A DNA stretch of 64,000 nucleotides from the human T2T-CHM13v2.0 reference genome, Homo sapiens. The DNA is taken from the NCBI RefSeq assembly GCF_009914755.1, contig NC_060937.1. The stretch is one strand, 5' to 3'. The position numbers and the translations under genes are program-made. A model generated the notes under the pieces. It worked only from the letters and a program-made list of their open reading frames with translations. It was not told the DNA's origin and made no database searches. This document shows, piece by piece, positions 1 to 16,660 of the stretch (position 1 is its first letter; the number at the start of each line of letters is the position of its first letter).

Positions 1-964
1 TTAAAAAGATTGTAATCTCATATTAGCAGTCTAGTAATTGGATTTTTTCATTTAACAGAGGAAAAAGAACTGTATTTTAATGAGAGTATATTTTTAAAAA
101 GCAATTTCTTCTTTTTGCCATGCTATTTTCATTCGTAGTATTTTAGAGAGTGGACTTTTTTTTAGCATGGAATTATGTGTATGATATTCCTTTGACCTAG
201 CAATCACAGTACTAATAGGCTTCACATCTGTTTACTTTTAAAGAAATGTGAGCATTTTGATAGAAAACACTATTAATGAAGTTTTTTGAAAAAAATGACA
301 TTCTGAACATATTAAATGACGTTAAATTAAAAAAATCAAAAGATAGTAAGACTGAGAAGGCTTTTCCAATCCTAGAGGGATTCAGAAGTAATTTCAAAAC
401 AAAGATGGGGAGGAAAGCTTCTCCTTCCTCCAGCAACCTTTTCTCTCCTTACATGAAACTATGACTTTAACCTCTTCTTGGCTGCAAAGTGAAATCTATT
501 TTTTTAAGGGTGAAAGAGGTATGAGTACTTAGGAGAGGAATAAAACAACACGTATTGGATTCTATGGTGCCAAGCTTGATTTGCCTCTGGCTTGGCCATT
601 CCAAGAAGAGCTTAAGCTTTTTCATCTTAACTCTGATGCACAATCTTAATTTAAACTGTATGAGATTTGCCCTGATGCACACCAGTTTCATCCGTTTCTG
701 GTATCAACAAAATCAAAGCGTCTAACTTTTTCAAACACAAAGGGATGAATTGTGAATACCTGCTGAATTTCCACAAGTCAACAACCTAACAAAACCACAA
801 AAAAAGACGAGGTAACTTTTTTCTTAAGTGAAAAGTAGCCTAACACTAGAAAAGAGAACATTTATTTCTGTTAATCTGGGCATTAATAAAAGGTGCTGGG
901 CCATAATTATAGTTCCCTTTGTCATTTAATAGAGAGGTAGAAAAATGCAGATTTTTATTCCCTT

Positions 965-1055
965 TGCCTAGGGCGGAACCTGAGATTCTGCATTTCTAAC
1001 AGGCTCCGGGTGATTAGATGTCACTGAACGTTGTCACATTGTGTACCAAGGGTAA
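965..1055. mobile_element. MER5-like hAT-Charlie fragment
   Basis: ctgagattctgcatttctaacaggctccgggtgatt resembles the MER5A core. Confidence 0.5.
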
Positions 1056-2411
1056 ATATGTATAATTTCTTATGAATGATAGGCTCCTTTCCACCATCTT
1101 CACAGAGGTTAGACAAAGCTAAGGCAAGAAACCAACTGAGAACAGATATTTTATCTAGTACAGCTTTCATATACGCACAACGTTCAGAAAATGAAAATGA
1201 ACATTTCTCAGCCTCAATCTCCTCTTCTATAATTTGAGAGGCTTGGAAGCTTCTTCCAGACCTAAGATTTTATGATTCTACTGGGCACTAAATAAATCCT
1301 CTATGAATATATGAATGAGCAAGGGAATTAGTGAATTTTGAGTTGCCAGTTTAACTATAAGGAAGTGGCTCTTTTGTTCTCCCATTATTACTTACAGAGG
1401 AGCTTGGGGTATATGTGAGTCATTTCATAAACTTCAGACAGAGGAGAACGTGTGAAATAATGGCCTAAGAGAGAAAGTAAATGGGGAAGAAAGAAATATA
1501 ATAGGCCAGACAGACCACATTTTAAGTGTTAACTTCAGGTGAGAGACCATGAATTTAAACTGAGATCAGTCCACAAGGCTGTGTTTTTTATCTGTAGTCA
1601 CAGCAGAGTGACTGTTTCGAACATGTGAAATGTTCTGGGTCTCTATTTCCAGTGGGTTTTAACAAAGGTTACAATTTTGTTAGTTTGCACAAGAGTTGGT
1701 TTTAACAAGGGTAATAGGCCCTGGAATTGGGTCAGGTAAGGAGGAGAGTGAGGTTCTGAGGGACGGAAGCACAGGAAAGGCAGTAGAATAATGAATTGTA
1801 CTTTATGTTGGTTTGTACTTCCCTGAAGGATTGTTGAGATGGGAGTTACAAGGGGCAAGCTAGAGTGTGGAAGGCTTGAAAATGGGGTTATGGAAGGTAA
1901 CTTAGTAATGGCAAGGTCTAGGGTGTGACTACCTAAGTCACATAATGTCACATCTCTGCTCCAGGTATTATGGCGATGATGAAGGTGTGAAAAAGAGAAA
2001 CTGAACTGACAACTTTAAAGTTGTATTTTCTAATTGGGACTAGATTTAATACTGGCATAGGTCTTCTGTGAACCAAGTTACTTGACTTGTTGAACATGTA
2101 TAAATGACATGAAGTATTTGATGGGAAGTTTCAGCCAAACAGGTGATAAGAAGTTGAATTTTAAACCCTGTAAAATTAGGTCAGTCTACCATATAAAAAC
2201 AAGATTTAATAAGCGGCAGATGATATTTTGTCCAATTCCGTTAGATTTTGCAGTGCCAAATAATTATAGGCAGTGCAAATCATGCATTTGCTGTGCTATG
2301 AAGGGTTATGTGAATTCTCCGCTACAGACATGCTATACCTTCCCTGAAAAAAGCACATATGGCTATCAGTAAGAAGGTCATTTTGAATGTGCACCTACAA
2401 TAGTGACAACA

Positions 2412-2744
<333 letters not shown>

Positions 2745-5700
2745 TTAGCAAAATTATATTTTATATACAAAAGTTAAAAAGCTACATAGTAATATGTCTT
2801 AAGATAATATTTTATCACTTCATGACCAAGTGTTGAACACCTAATCTGCTACTAAAATCTGTTTTTTCTCAGTGACGAGTTCACATTCACCGTGTAATCA
2901 AGCAAAAGTAACTGCAAATGTTACTGTCTCTGGTAATCTAGACATTTTATGAAGTCTCCAGTTCTTGAAGTTTAGTAGGTTTATAGTCAGGTACACTAGG
3001 TAAAGGCATAAATGTCATAGTTGTGTTAGGTATTTGAAAACATTGGCTTCATGAACTCCCCCCTAATTTAATACCCTTTCAAATCTGAGTGATTTATGAT
3101 ATGTATCAGTGGTTAAATTTAATACATGCACTGTTTTTTAATATCTAACTTTTTCTAGTTATAAAAGGTTACATAACTACATAAAACAATCCACATACTA
3201 ATTTTTATCTCTCATTTTAGGCTAGATACTTCTGTTCTGAGGTATATGAAATTATCAGTTTGTCAGACACTTAATCCTTTATCATTTATTGGCAAGGAAT
3301 GTAATTGAATTGGTCTAAACTAAAAGTGAAGATATTGACAGATTGTAGAGGGGTGGATTATCTGGCATAGTAGAAGGCACATCGGATCTGGGGTTAGACA
3401 ACTGGAGTTCTTAACTTGCTCTATGACTCCTTTGTCTCTGGTTCCTTTTCAGTAAAAGATGGTATAAATGCCTATGATTAAGTGTTTATGAGTATTACTG
3501 ATACTGTATGGAAAGCATGTTACATGGGACTGGCTCTGTAAACCAAAGTCTGACCTTATCAAAAGCTCTTCACAGCCATAACTGCACTGGGCACTGGGGC
3601 AGGTAGTGGGGCAGGGATCCCTAGATTCAGTAGGCTGTCTTAAAGAAGTTACTATCTAGTGGAAAAAATTCCACTTTCATGTACTCTAGTACATATTTAC
3701 AGAACATTTGCATGTGGTGGACAGTAGCCTGGGTTGTGGGTACTCAGTGAACAAGACAGACATCATCCTTCAACTCATGGAGCTTACATTTCTGATACCT
3801 TCATTTCTCATCCATTAACACGATTTACATTGACCGTGATTGCTGCTACATCACGTAATATTGGCTTTATCTTTCAAGTGTGCATTTATTGTATTTTAAG
3901 AATGAAGATACTAGAAAGGCCTCTCTTACTCAAGAGTACATAACAACTATGACAAAATAACTTGAAGTGAGATTTTTCTGAGATTATATATTTACATGAG
4001 TTATATATTAGTTTTTAAACTGCATCTTATGTGTCATTGCTACCATTTGATACATTTACTGTGGAGCTTAAACCATAAAGACCAGAGCTTATTCATAATG
4101 GGCAAAGCTGAATATAGAGTGAATGTGCTCGTCAGCTTGAATTAAAATTTAGAGGGTCCTAACTGAGGCTTTTTCAAGGGTGGAATTGAAGATTTTTGAG
4201 GAAACAGCATCTCTGGGACACAGGAATTACTCAGACTTCACTATGATCTCTATGTCGTCTCAAACAGCATCCCAAAGAGAAAGGGAAACTGTCTTTAGAG
4301 CAGAGATTAGTGTCAGGACAAACCTCTATGTTGTATGAAGTCAGTGACCTAGCGCAAACATAAACAGGGTTCCATGTCATGTTATGCTTGCCAGAAAAGC
4401 ATTTAATGTGAACTGGAATTGTGTGATTTTCTATGAGAATGTGGCCTATAAAACTGATTATGTTTTTGCAAGTTATTCCATCTGTAAGCAATGTGCATAA
4501 AAATGTTTTGTTAAAATAAAGAAAATTGAATTCAAAATGTGCACTAAAAATTATCCTATCAGTGTGAACATCAACCTAGAAAATTAGATGCACTCATCTC
4601 CCATATTTCATATTCTAACATTTCCCAATATTATGGAACATTTCTCCTATTCATGAATCTGCCTGCCAGTGCTATAAGTTTGTATTATTTTTAAACTTCT
4701 TGAGTTATTTGTTGTATAGGGTAGGATAAAAATAGTTTGGATGGATGGTATGCATTGGCATTAAATCTGCTTCAAGTCAGAGCCTAGAAACTCTGAATGG
4801 CACAGTTATTTTTAAAATGGCCAACAGATCGATAGAGACTGTGGCCAAAATTCTGAAAAAGTCTAATAAAAAGCATTGATACCTGTTTGGTAAAAATATG
4901 GTTTGCCTGAATAGACACTTGCAATGTTTGCTTTTCTGGATTGAGTATCACAGCAGGCAGATATTGTTGTTCTATATTGTCTCCAGGCTATCTCTGTCAG
5001 AGGGTTGTGTCACTGGGAACAAGTTATCTTTTCCAGGGTCTTTTCAGGCTGTATGTATTTAAACATAAAGACTAGAACTAAAGATAACAAAGAAGACAAA
5101 AGAATATACAAACAGCTCTTTGCTTCTCAAAAGGTGTAGAATGGTCATATCTGCTTTCTGACAGTGGTGATAGGGAGTGGGTTTGATTCTTCCTCAGTGC
5201 TTTTCAATGTTGAGCATCTTTTCATTTTCTCTTTGGTGAGACACTGTCGAAATGTCTGACCCCTGAAGCAGGATAGGATATGCTTTGTCCTGCTCACTCG
5301 CCCAAATCCTCCAGGGACATTTCAGTGCCTGGCTCTAGTAGTTGACACTGCTCCCCATTCCTGGTAAATGTGCTGGTACCATTTCCTCAGAAGAGAGAGT
5401 TTTCTACCTATCCAAGCCAAAAAGAGAGAAAAATTGAAATGTTGACTGAAAAAAGAAGGTGGAGATTTCTAGTCCATTTTATTGTTTCATGTTGGTTTAT
5501 TGAAGGGTCCAATTGGGAATTCTTACACATTTTGTAAATGTAGGAATAGGAGAAACCTGAAAAAGTGGTAAAACATAAATGAACTTCCAGCTTCATTTCC
5601 CTGACTTCCTTGTAAGTACCTTCCATGCTTAACCAATTCATCTTAGAATTCCCAAACCTTGAAATTCCATACATTGCTACCTTCAATAATCTTCATTCTT

Positions 5701-6133
5701 CCTGTTAATGTTCTGAATCTTCTTCATGCTGCAAATGAATGAATGAACTAATAAATAAGATGTTTCTCTTTTAATTGTTTCAATAGGTAGTATACTAAAT
5801 TTCCCCCTTTGAGTAGGTATTTAAGAGATTATGTTTAAAAGTTCCCAGTAGTTTTATTTTTACTTTAATTTTTACTATTAATTATGACAGTTGTTTTTTC
5901 ACTGTAAGTAGATAATATAAAAGAGAAATCAAAGGGACATACTTTTATCATTATACAGTTTATGCCTTGTCTTTTATCTTCTGTCATCTTGTTCCAAAAT
6001 ATGGCAATTTTTTTCCTGTATTCCCTTTCTCTGTATTTTGTTTTGCTTTGTTCTGTAATAACTGGAGATACTTGGATATGGATACTCAACTGTTATTTTT
6101 GCTATCACTCAGACACTTCCCCTTCCCGAATAA

Positions 6134-6472
<339 letters not shown>

Positions 6473-6949
6473 TGAAAATAACCTTTTACAGAAGAAAGAA
6501 AAGTGATGGCATGAAAAATGGTATGTCTCTTGGACAGAGTTCAGTAATATGACCTATGAAAAATAAATATATTTGAAGCAGACTAGAGAAACACCTGAGA
6601 GAGAAATAATTCCTAGGATAATAGAAGAAAGCTTATTGTTCTGATTTTTTAATATAAGTTTGTCAATTAAGAGTTTTCTCTACTCCAGACTAAACTTTTA
6701 TCATCACTTTTTAGTATTCATGTATCCACAGTCTGAAAACATGTTATTTTTCATTAACTGTGAAACAAAGGCTCCAGAGCTTGACTATTGTGTGAGGGAA
6801 GGAAATTATATTTTGAGTTTAGTATTCTTGCATTCATGCTGACATTGTTTAACCCGTCCTAGAGCAGCTTCTTACTTTTTCATTTCCTAATCTGTTTTAT
6901 AATCTTTAAGCCACAGCAAAATTATGAGTCCTAAGGGGGAAATGGAATG

Positions 6950-7890
6950 GAAGAAAATATTTTTAAATTATGTCTTTGATAAGGGAATTATATACAAATA
7001 ATAAAGAACTCTTCTAATGCCACAACAATGAAAAGACAACTCTATTGAAAAATGGGCAAATGACTTGAATAGACATTTCTTGAAAGAAGATATAGAAATA
7101 GGGAATATGAAATATGTTATCTTATCCAGTAAAAAATGTATATCAAAACCAGTATAAGATACCTTTTCCTACCCATTATGATTGTGATAATAAAAAAAGA
7201 CATGACAACAAGTATTGGTGGGAAAGTGGAAAAATTAAAGCCCTTATACATTGCTGGTGGGAATGCAAAATGATACAGCTCCTACAAAAAATAGTTTGGC
7301 AGTTCCTCACAAGCTAAACCTAGAATTACCATATTCCCCAGCAATTTCACAACTAAGTATATACCTAAAAGAAATAAAGGCATACATCTATCCAAAAACT
7401 TCTATATGAATGCACATAGCAACGTTATTCTTAATAGCCAAATTGTAGAAATAACCAGAATATCAATTAACTGGTGAGTGGCTAAATATATGTGGAGTAA
7501 CCGTACAGTGGAATATTATTTAGTCATAAAAAAGTGAAATACTGATACATGCTGCAATATGGATGAACTTCAAAATCATTATGCTAAGGGCAAAGAGCTA
7601 TGCATCAATGACCACACACTATATTCTTCCATTTAGTAAGTAGCTTAATGATTGTCTGTGGCTGGGGTGGGGAATGGTAGAGGGTTGGGAGAAAATCAGA
7701 ACGGCTGCTAATGTGTATGGAATTACTTTCTGGAGTGATGAAAATGCTCTAAAATTGATTGTTGTGATGGTTGCACATCCTAGAGCAGTTATGAATAGGT
7801 GAATATATTAAAAACATTGAATTTTATAATTTAAATGGATGAATTGTATGGAAGTATATGAATTATATCTTAATAAAACTGTTTTTAAAA
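6950..7890 (+). mobile_element. Old L1M (L1MB/L1MC-like) ORF2 end plus 3' UTR
   Basis: aaaatgggcaaatgacttgaatagacatttct; HCWWECK remnant in ORF 7114-7317; ends ...aataaaactgtttttaaaa. Confidence 0.85.
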
Positions 7891-9947
7891 AGGCATAGCA
7901 TAAATTGATTGATAGATAGATATAGGTTAATTTCTGGGTTTCTGATGGAATTGAATAAAAAAAATGGATGAGGCTTTCATATAATGTTATACCAATTAAG
8001 CCTAAAATTTTAAATGCTAAGTTTAATAATTCTCTTTAAAAGTGTGTTTTCACTCTTTCTAGAAAAGGCATACATTTTCAATTTTCTGATAGCTTGATGA
8101 TTTGTAATTGTTTACATATAAGTAAGGAGTAGGGTCCACCATTACATATGTACATGACCTAAAATTTATTTTATTGATTTGCTTCAAGAATGTGTTCATT
8201 ACAGCTTCATTTCAAGATCCAGACAAGTTTGCGTACTTCTCACCTGTCGGTTCCAAATCTCAAGCCACCTCCAGAACATTTTAATTTTACTATTTTAATT
8301 CTATAATCCTAAACTAAATAAATCTACATGCCATAACTTAGTGTTCCCACTTAGATTATATTTCATAGTAAGTTCTTTTGTACTCCAAGGTAGTTACCTC
8401 CTGAGTCCCTACCCATCAATAACAGAGCCTGCCTCCCAAACTCCAGTAGAGGGGTTAGATATACAAATTCTGTCTACTCTTCGCCTATCCCAAATCAACC
8501 ACCAGGAACCATAGATTCTCTCTTGACAACTATCCTAGTTTCCTACTATGCTGCAGGCAATATCTGAACTCCAGTCCAGTTTGGGCTTCTCCATGTAATA
8601 GCTGCATGACGTTGGCACATCACTTAAAACTCCCTGAGTCTCCGTGAACTAGAGAACAGAAAGGGTCATTTCTTCTCTCCATCCTAGCAGAGCTGTTATG
8701 AAGACCAAAGAACATAGCAGCAGTTTATGGGCCACCATTTTGAAAAATTAAATGAGTTTTTAACAAAAGTTATTACATGTGACATTCAATCATTTTACCT
8801 AGTAAGTACTTTAAAAATTTATTCTTTCTTTAACAAAAAATTATAGCCACATAGATTAATAGAGAAATTGAACCAGGATAACAAATATAAGAAAGCGGTA
8901 ATGAGGTTTAAGAATAATTTACAATAAAACCCATATGAATAGCAAGGGCACAGTTCTCAAATGTGTCACTATTATGTCATTGAGAAAGGTAGAAAGATTT
9001 TCTAACTAATCTCTATTAAATCTATACTTATAGTTATCAATATAATAACATATTACACTTATATAGTACATATCCTATGCCACCCTGTATTCTAAGTGCT
9101 TTGCATACATTACATACCTGTCACCCTCTATCACCAAGTCATCTTTCAGTTAAGTAAATTAATCATGATGGGTGGAGAATAATGAGCTAAGAGTTTGAAA
9201 GAATATATAAAAATAATGTTTGGGGGAATCATATACATTTTAAAAGATTATTATATTTTTAAAATGTAGCCCAACTTTTCAGAGAATGTTTCATTTTTAG
9301 ACTATCATATACTACATTTTAATAAGAGGTTACTACTTGAACTATGTAATGCATGGGTAGTTATATGGCGTGCATTATATGTATAACATAGTTCATACAT
9401 AGTTTTTAGCCACTGCTAATTCTAAGCTATGCCTTTCTCCATTAAATATATTTGTTTGCGTATTCTAAAAAGAAGGAGCAGAATTGTTGATCATCCCCTC
9501 CAATCTTGTTTAGTACTTCCACTGAAATGTGGCTTATCTATCAATTAGGTTTGGCCCAGTATTTCAGCTGCTGGTTTCAACTTAATTCCCTCATTTGTTC
9601 CCCTTTTATTCAAGCAAAGTGCCATTTAATTTATGGCTCCTTTTCTTTCCCTGTAGCCTAAGCTTCTTAGAAAATAAATGAGGCTATAAGTCCTCATTTA
9701 GCCCTTCTTAGTCCTGTGGATTCTGGCTGAGGATTTGAGTCTCGTCAGTCATTCACCACGCTATGCCTTAGGTCACTGTGCTCTCCTTCTTTGGCTCTTT
9801 CAATTTTCTCTTTGTAGAAACCTGTAAAGATGTTTTTATAGAAATTTCAGTATTAAATCAGCTACACATATTTTGAATAAGAATGCTTTTCTTTGAACAC
9901 CATGGAATGCATGCTTACTGGCAACCTTGAGATCACTTGGAAAATAA

Positions 9948-10439
<492 letters not shown>

Positions 10440-11319
10440 TAAATATTAATCTAGGTTTTGCTTAAATTCCTGTGGACAGACAGATAAAATATACAATGTT
10501 AGGATTCTTAGCTAACAAGGGATACTGCCAAATGATAAAATATTAATTCTATTACTTTGTATGCAGATATGTGAGAACTAGAAGCAATTACCCTGACTCT
10601 AATTGCTTCATAGATGAATACAATTATGATGTTATACTCATCCTGTCTGTATTCTCAGTATAAAATAACATCAACATAAGACAGTCAGAAATTTCATTTA
10701 AAAGTAAACCTTACCAATGTGAAATATATTAAGGCAATAAACCAAGAGATTAAACTTTCATAAACAGTAAGAGCTTATTGTTTTGTAAATGAGTGTATAA
10801 TAATATCTTTGCAGCTCAAATGAAACCATAAAACTGACTGGGGGCCTCACTTTTTTCAGCAAACTTTTGATTTATCTTTTTAATCTGTTCTTAGCATTGT
10901 ATAGCAATTAAACACTGGAAATGGGCTTTACACTTCTTGCCACATTGCTCTTCTCCCGTTTCACTTCTGTCATTTCTTTTATAATGACAAGCAATTTAGA
11001 GGAACAAGAAACAATTAAAATGTAAGTAGCTCCTGCTGTTACAGGTGTTCTCCACTAATGAATAAAAATGACTGGGATTATAGAAAGGTGAGATTTAAGG
11101 AAAGATCTCTTTTGGGTGTTAGAAAATTTAAAGATTTGTGGACAAATTCAGAAGGTAAGCACAGATTCCCAAGACGTAATTCCTCAGGGGAATTTGATAA
11201 AGTCAATTAGTTGTTGAAAGTACCACATACAGAGGCTGGCCAAATGAAATTGTCAGTAGTTTTAGTGGGCATGGGAAGTGTGTGATGTGCCTGAACTGGA
11301 GTTACTGATTCAGACAAAA

Positions 11320-11412
11320 TGGCATGAAGGCAAGAACTTAAATTCCAACAAGTTTCCGGTTGGTTCTGACACCACTGATCCAGGGAACACACTTTGAGAG
11401 CCACTGGTCTAA
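11320..11412. mobile_element. MER5-like fragment
   Basis: ...gatccagggaacacactttgagagccactggtcta matches a MER5 terminus. Confidence 0.5.
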
Positions 11413-12469
11413 CAGAGGCCAATGACTTTTGCATTCTTTCTGTCCACTTCCTCTTGAAAAACACTCAATGCTTGATAGAAATACTTCAAGGCTGTGACGG
11501 CTTGACACTGGTGTATGGTAGACTCCCGTAGGGTAGTAGTAGACTCACTTGCGATAAATAAATTCACAGATAATCAAATGTCTTACAAAAGGTTATATAC
11601 TTGAACATACTGGAAACTCAAGACCCTTTCCCTTCTAATTCAGTGCTATGCTGTCTTCAGTAATCTGTATCCATGACAAAGAGGTTTCTGGGACATCGGT
11701 CACTCCCCTAAAGGCAACAGTTTAAGGAATTATAATTTTGTTTTAAATTATGAGTCTGACTTAATGAAGAGTAGATGGGTGACTTAGACAACATTGTACT
11801 TATGAAATTAAGTAGGCCACTTACACTTCACTTTCCTGAGTCACCCTAGTGTCTGTATAATACAAAGGAGGCCAAATAATTTCTTGGTTATAAAACCTCA
11901 GTTCTAAATGTTAACATTTTATTCAGCAAAGACTAGATTAATTTAGATTAATGGGATAGTTATTACTATACACTATATAGCTCTATGTGTAAGTTGTAAA
12001 AACAATTTTAAAAATTAGAACATTTTCATCCTATTCTGAATATTACACAAAATATATTTCTTGTAAAGATGACACATGTAAAGATCACACATGCTCTTGT
12101 AAAGAGCCTTATCTAAAGACTCCAAGTGCTAATTTAACAGGTATACACAAAGGAAAAGGGAAAAAATATCATGTAAATTGTAAGAATTAGCCTGATCTTT
12201 AAGTACATAATAACTCCTCTCTCTATATGAGATGCTTTCAGCCAAGGTCTTCTATCCTCAACATTTGTCTTCCAAATAATCTGTTGGATAACTAAGTTTC
12301 CTTTAATGTGAGCTGAAATATTTCATTCAATTTTTAAAGTTTTAGTTCCTGTCAAAAAATACAAATGCCAGCCACTGTGACAGACTTTGAACTTACATAT
12401 TGTTAATATGAACTGTATGTAATTAAACACAGAACTCCTATGGAAAGCAAGTTTATTCCAGAAAGTATG

Positions 12470-12810
12470 AGTGAGGATGAGTTCACTCTACAGATAGTTA
12501 CTGAGTACCTACTGTGTTTCAGACACTCTTTATGGTGAGCTTGAGCTAAATCAGAACAGAACCAACCATCCAAAGATCATGACCCTTATTTTAAGCTTCC
12601 TGTTTGGGGAGCATGTGTAGAGATAACCAGTAAACAGCAAGGTAGTTGTAGGGAGCTGAGAATAGAAGCAAGGAGATAGCTAGGAAACCTAGACGTAAGG
12701 CAGGTGAGAGATGATGGCGGCTCCATCAGAGAAGTGCCTGTGGACTTAGTGAAGGGTGGTTGAATTCTACACACATTTTGAAAGTATAGGAGAAAGAATA
12801 GGAGAGAGAA
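12470..12810 (-). mobile_element. L2 fragment(s)
   Basis: ttactgagtacctactgtgtttcagacact and caggtgagagatgatggcggct...gaagggtggttgaattct are typical antisense L2 motifs. Confidence 0.6.
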
Positions 12811-14929
12811 TGAAGACAAAAGAAAGTAGAAATATATTCATTTTAAGAGAACAACAGATTGTATTGATTTACTTTAGATCCTGCGACTCTGAAAAACTAT
12901 CAGTCTTGTAACTACCTGGCAAATACGCCTCTCCCTTCTTTCCACTCCTCAGATCTAAACACATTGGATTCTCTGCCAAGTCAGATGGCTACCTTCCTTG
13001 CCCTGCAAATAAAGGATAGAGTTCCCAGGATCAGTGACCATACGCATTTCCATTTCTAATACTGTGAATCAGGAAGAAGAGAAGTTTACAAAATGTGATT
13101 AGTGGGTTAATTTTCTTAATTTCAGTTAAGACTTTCTTTAAATTCAATTTGCATAATGAAAGGCTCTTGTTTCAGATCTTAGGATTTTAAGGGCCATGGT
13201 ATGAATTGTGGATGTCTGGCTCTGACTCTAGGGTATAATTTAAAATACAGTGACATTGATATCTGTAATTCATAAGCAAGACACCCTTCCTCCCTAAATG
13301 AGGTACCTTTGGCAGCCACTTCTTGTCCCCCATCAGTTTCTCTAGTTGTTTCTCGCTGAACCTGGAACATTTGCACATATGTGCCCACTACCACTTCTCC
13401 ATTTCTGCCCTGCTCGTTGGCCTCTATTGCCAGTTACAAGCCCCGTGCAGGAGGCAACTGACAGCTGCCACCACTGTCCACTCACTCTTGAGAATGCTGC
13501 TTGGCTGCCTGGATTCTGTTTGCTGGTGTTCCCAGTACTCTATACTTTCTAGGTAGTAACTGGAGTTGCATTCCCTTGGTCATTACTGCACTGGGGTCTA
13601 CTGCGTGTGTTTAGTTGGAACATATAGCTTAGAAGCCCACTTTTGTACCTGGCCCCAGAGAAGTTTCAAGTAAATAAGAACTGCTCAACTTTAATTTACA
13701 TTCCTTGCTCTTCCTTGACCTCAGATCTCTTCCATGGGGAAGGACTCGGCATAGACACTAAACTGGTCTCTGAGTTCCTTGCTTTTCTCAGACACCCATC
13801 CAAAAAACTTTGTTCTTAAAGAAAGCTCCCCCAACCCCTCCTTCCCTACGCATATTGTCTCAGGCTGGTGGCCCACCAGTGTTTTAATCAGGCACAATTT
13901 AATTCTGAATCTCTGTTTAGGCTCAGCTGACACTCACAGGACATGTCTAATTTTGTCTTAAGAAAGAAAAAGAACTTTGTTGTAGAAACAGCTTCAGACG
14001 ATTTGGAAAGCATTCAAGATTCAATAGCTACATTGAGTCCGTTTCACTATATTCTCATCTGGCCACCTTTCTATCACTTTTCTAAATGAAATGGAGCTGT
14101 CCCCATTGTTGTGTTGTAGGTCGTCTTAGATTTCTGCACAAACCCAAATGAGATAATAGAGGTTCAAGCATGTGATGACTGGAAATAGACTTGAAATGGT
14201 TTCAGTCCTGGCTTTAAAGTTGCTTTTGTTCGAAGGTGACTATTGTTTGTTTTTTAGGAGGCCCATTGACCATATGGCTGCTTTGAAATTCAGATGAAAG
14301 GGATGACATTTTCTTGTGGGAGAGCTAAACTAGTTGATAAATTGTCATTGTGCTACCTTTCAGGCTATGGCCCGTAATTAAATGAATGACAAAAAAAGGG
14401 CATTAAAGAATTCTGATAGATCTGATTCACCTCTTAAAAGTAAAGAAATTCAAAATTAATGCCCAAAGTCTAAAGCCAAGTGTGCAATATTAAGTATTGT
14501 GGAATATTTTGCTCTTGGGGAAAACATTAGCTGATGCCTGGATCTGCAAAATATCACAGCAGGATATGTAACAAAAGCCAGGATTTGCTTTAAGTTTTTA
14601 TTCATCTTATGTAGATACATATGTATATTTTCTTTCTTACTTACATAGTTTTGATAAGAAACTGATAACCAGTTTGCTTAATGTTGTTTTATCTTCACAT
14701 ATCTGAACCTGACTGCATGGTCGTATTCAAACCATTTCAGAAGAAATGTTTCCTCTTTCCATGAGCAGTGATTTATGTATTTGACTTTGAAGTCAACAAT
14801 TGTGTAGCACTTAATGCCACATCAAATGCAACATCAAATTACCTTGTATTCATTTAAGTGAATTTGCAGATTTATGGTGGATGGGCACAGATTCAGGAAA
14901 CTGGGGAAAGGACAGTCACCCCAGATGAT

Positions 14930-15830
14930 GGTACAGAAGGAAAATGAAGTAAATATCTGGCGATTAATTACTTAAAAGGTTAAGGCCTGTTCTTGAAAAG
15001 AGTCAGGAGCAATTTATTCCACAATCAATTTGCAAGCACCCAGAGTGTGACAAAGTGACAGGGAACATGGACTGCTCAAAAACAAGCCATGCCCAACAAA
15101 ACTAATTTCCCTCTTTGACAGAGTGATTGATCTTATAGACTGAAAGATCCACTGGTTACAGCCCAGTTTGATATCTGCATCATTGTCAATGCTATTTCAC
15201 ATGGACTGGTCATTGACAAGCTTGCAGAAAATGGCTTGGGTAGTATCATAATCAGGTAGCTATTGAACTGGTTAAGAAAATGTTCTTAGATTTGGTCAGT
15301 AAATAGTGTGAGGACAAGGCTTGGCTTACGTAGACATTCCCCACAAGCTTGACTGTGGATCGGATTTTTTTTTTTCCCCCTAACAAATGGTTTCATGAGA
15401 GAATGCAAAGCGTATTCATGGGGATTGAGGCAGAGTCAGCTTTGTTAGAGCCTCTTTGCCAGAATTTCTGAAAAGAAGATTGAGAATGCAAAGTGAATTT
15501 GACTAATTAAAATTATGATCTAAATTAATTGGGAAGGAATTGCTGTGTGATTAATGCTAAAAAATATGTGTAAGGAAACAAAAAGAAACTTATTAAATCC
15601 CATACATGCAAAATGTGAAAATAAAGCTGCTCTGTGCACATCAGTATCAACTACTTTCCCTGCCTCATATTGCATCCCTACCCTGCAGCCACACTTACTG
15701 TTATAAGAGAAAGACATGAGGCATATCTCAGCTGACCTTGGCACCAACGTATATCAACAATGTCATTTGATTACTGAGAAGGGAAAGCCATTTTATATAT
15801 TCAGTGAAGTGGTGTTATATTTAGGTCTCA
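14930..15830 (+). mobile_element. CR1/L3 LINE remnant (reverse-transcriptase region)
   Basis: Translation from 15066 gives HGLLKNKPCPTKLISLFDRVIDLID*, and downstream ISHGLVIDKLAENGLGSIIIR*LLNWL. These match the CR1 RT motifs HGF..KSC.TNLISFFD.V and VSH..L..KL...GL....RWI.NWL. Boundaries are approximate. Confidence 0.75.
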
Positions 15831-15861
15831 GTCACTGAAAGACCATAAAGAGGGAGATCTG

Positions 15862-16190
<329 letters not shown>

Positions 16191-16514
16191 TTACACACTA
16201 GCCCACATATAGGGGAAGGTGGTTGATCAACTCAAAATTGAGTGAAGGATATACAGGTTTTACAAGAATATGTTTAATTTCCCTTAAATTATTTTTCTAA
16301 TCAAGGATATCACATAACTAACACATTCCACCTGCTTTTGTTGCCAAATGCAATTTTTTCACTTCTCTTAATAAAGATACCTTCAGAAGACCCCATTTGA
16401 CTGATATCCTGAGAAAAGTAGTGTTCATTTTTTATATGCCAAGATAAATTTTAAATGGATAATAATGACCAAGGGTGTTTGTTATTAGCAAGTGTTTCGT
16501 TCTTGAGAAACTAA

Positions 16515-16660
16515 TAATAATTGGTAATTATATAGTGCTTACTATGTGCTGTGCCACACACTCTCCTAATTGCTTCATGTATATCATGTCATTCTCATAA
16601 CACTCTATCAGGAAGGGACTATTATTATTTGCATTTTAGAGATGAGAAAACTTAGGTCAA
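16515..16660 (-). mobile_element. MIR
   Basis: tagtgcttactatgtgc...attattatttgcattttagagatgagaaaacttagg is the antisense MIR core. Confidence 0.7.
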
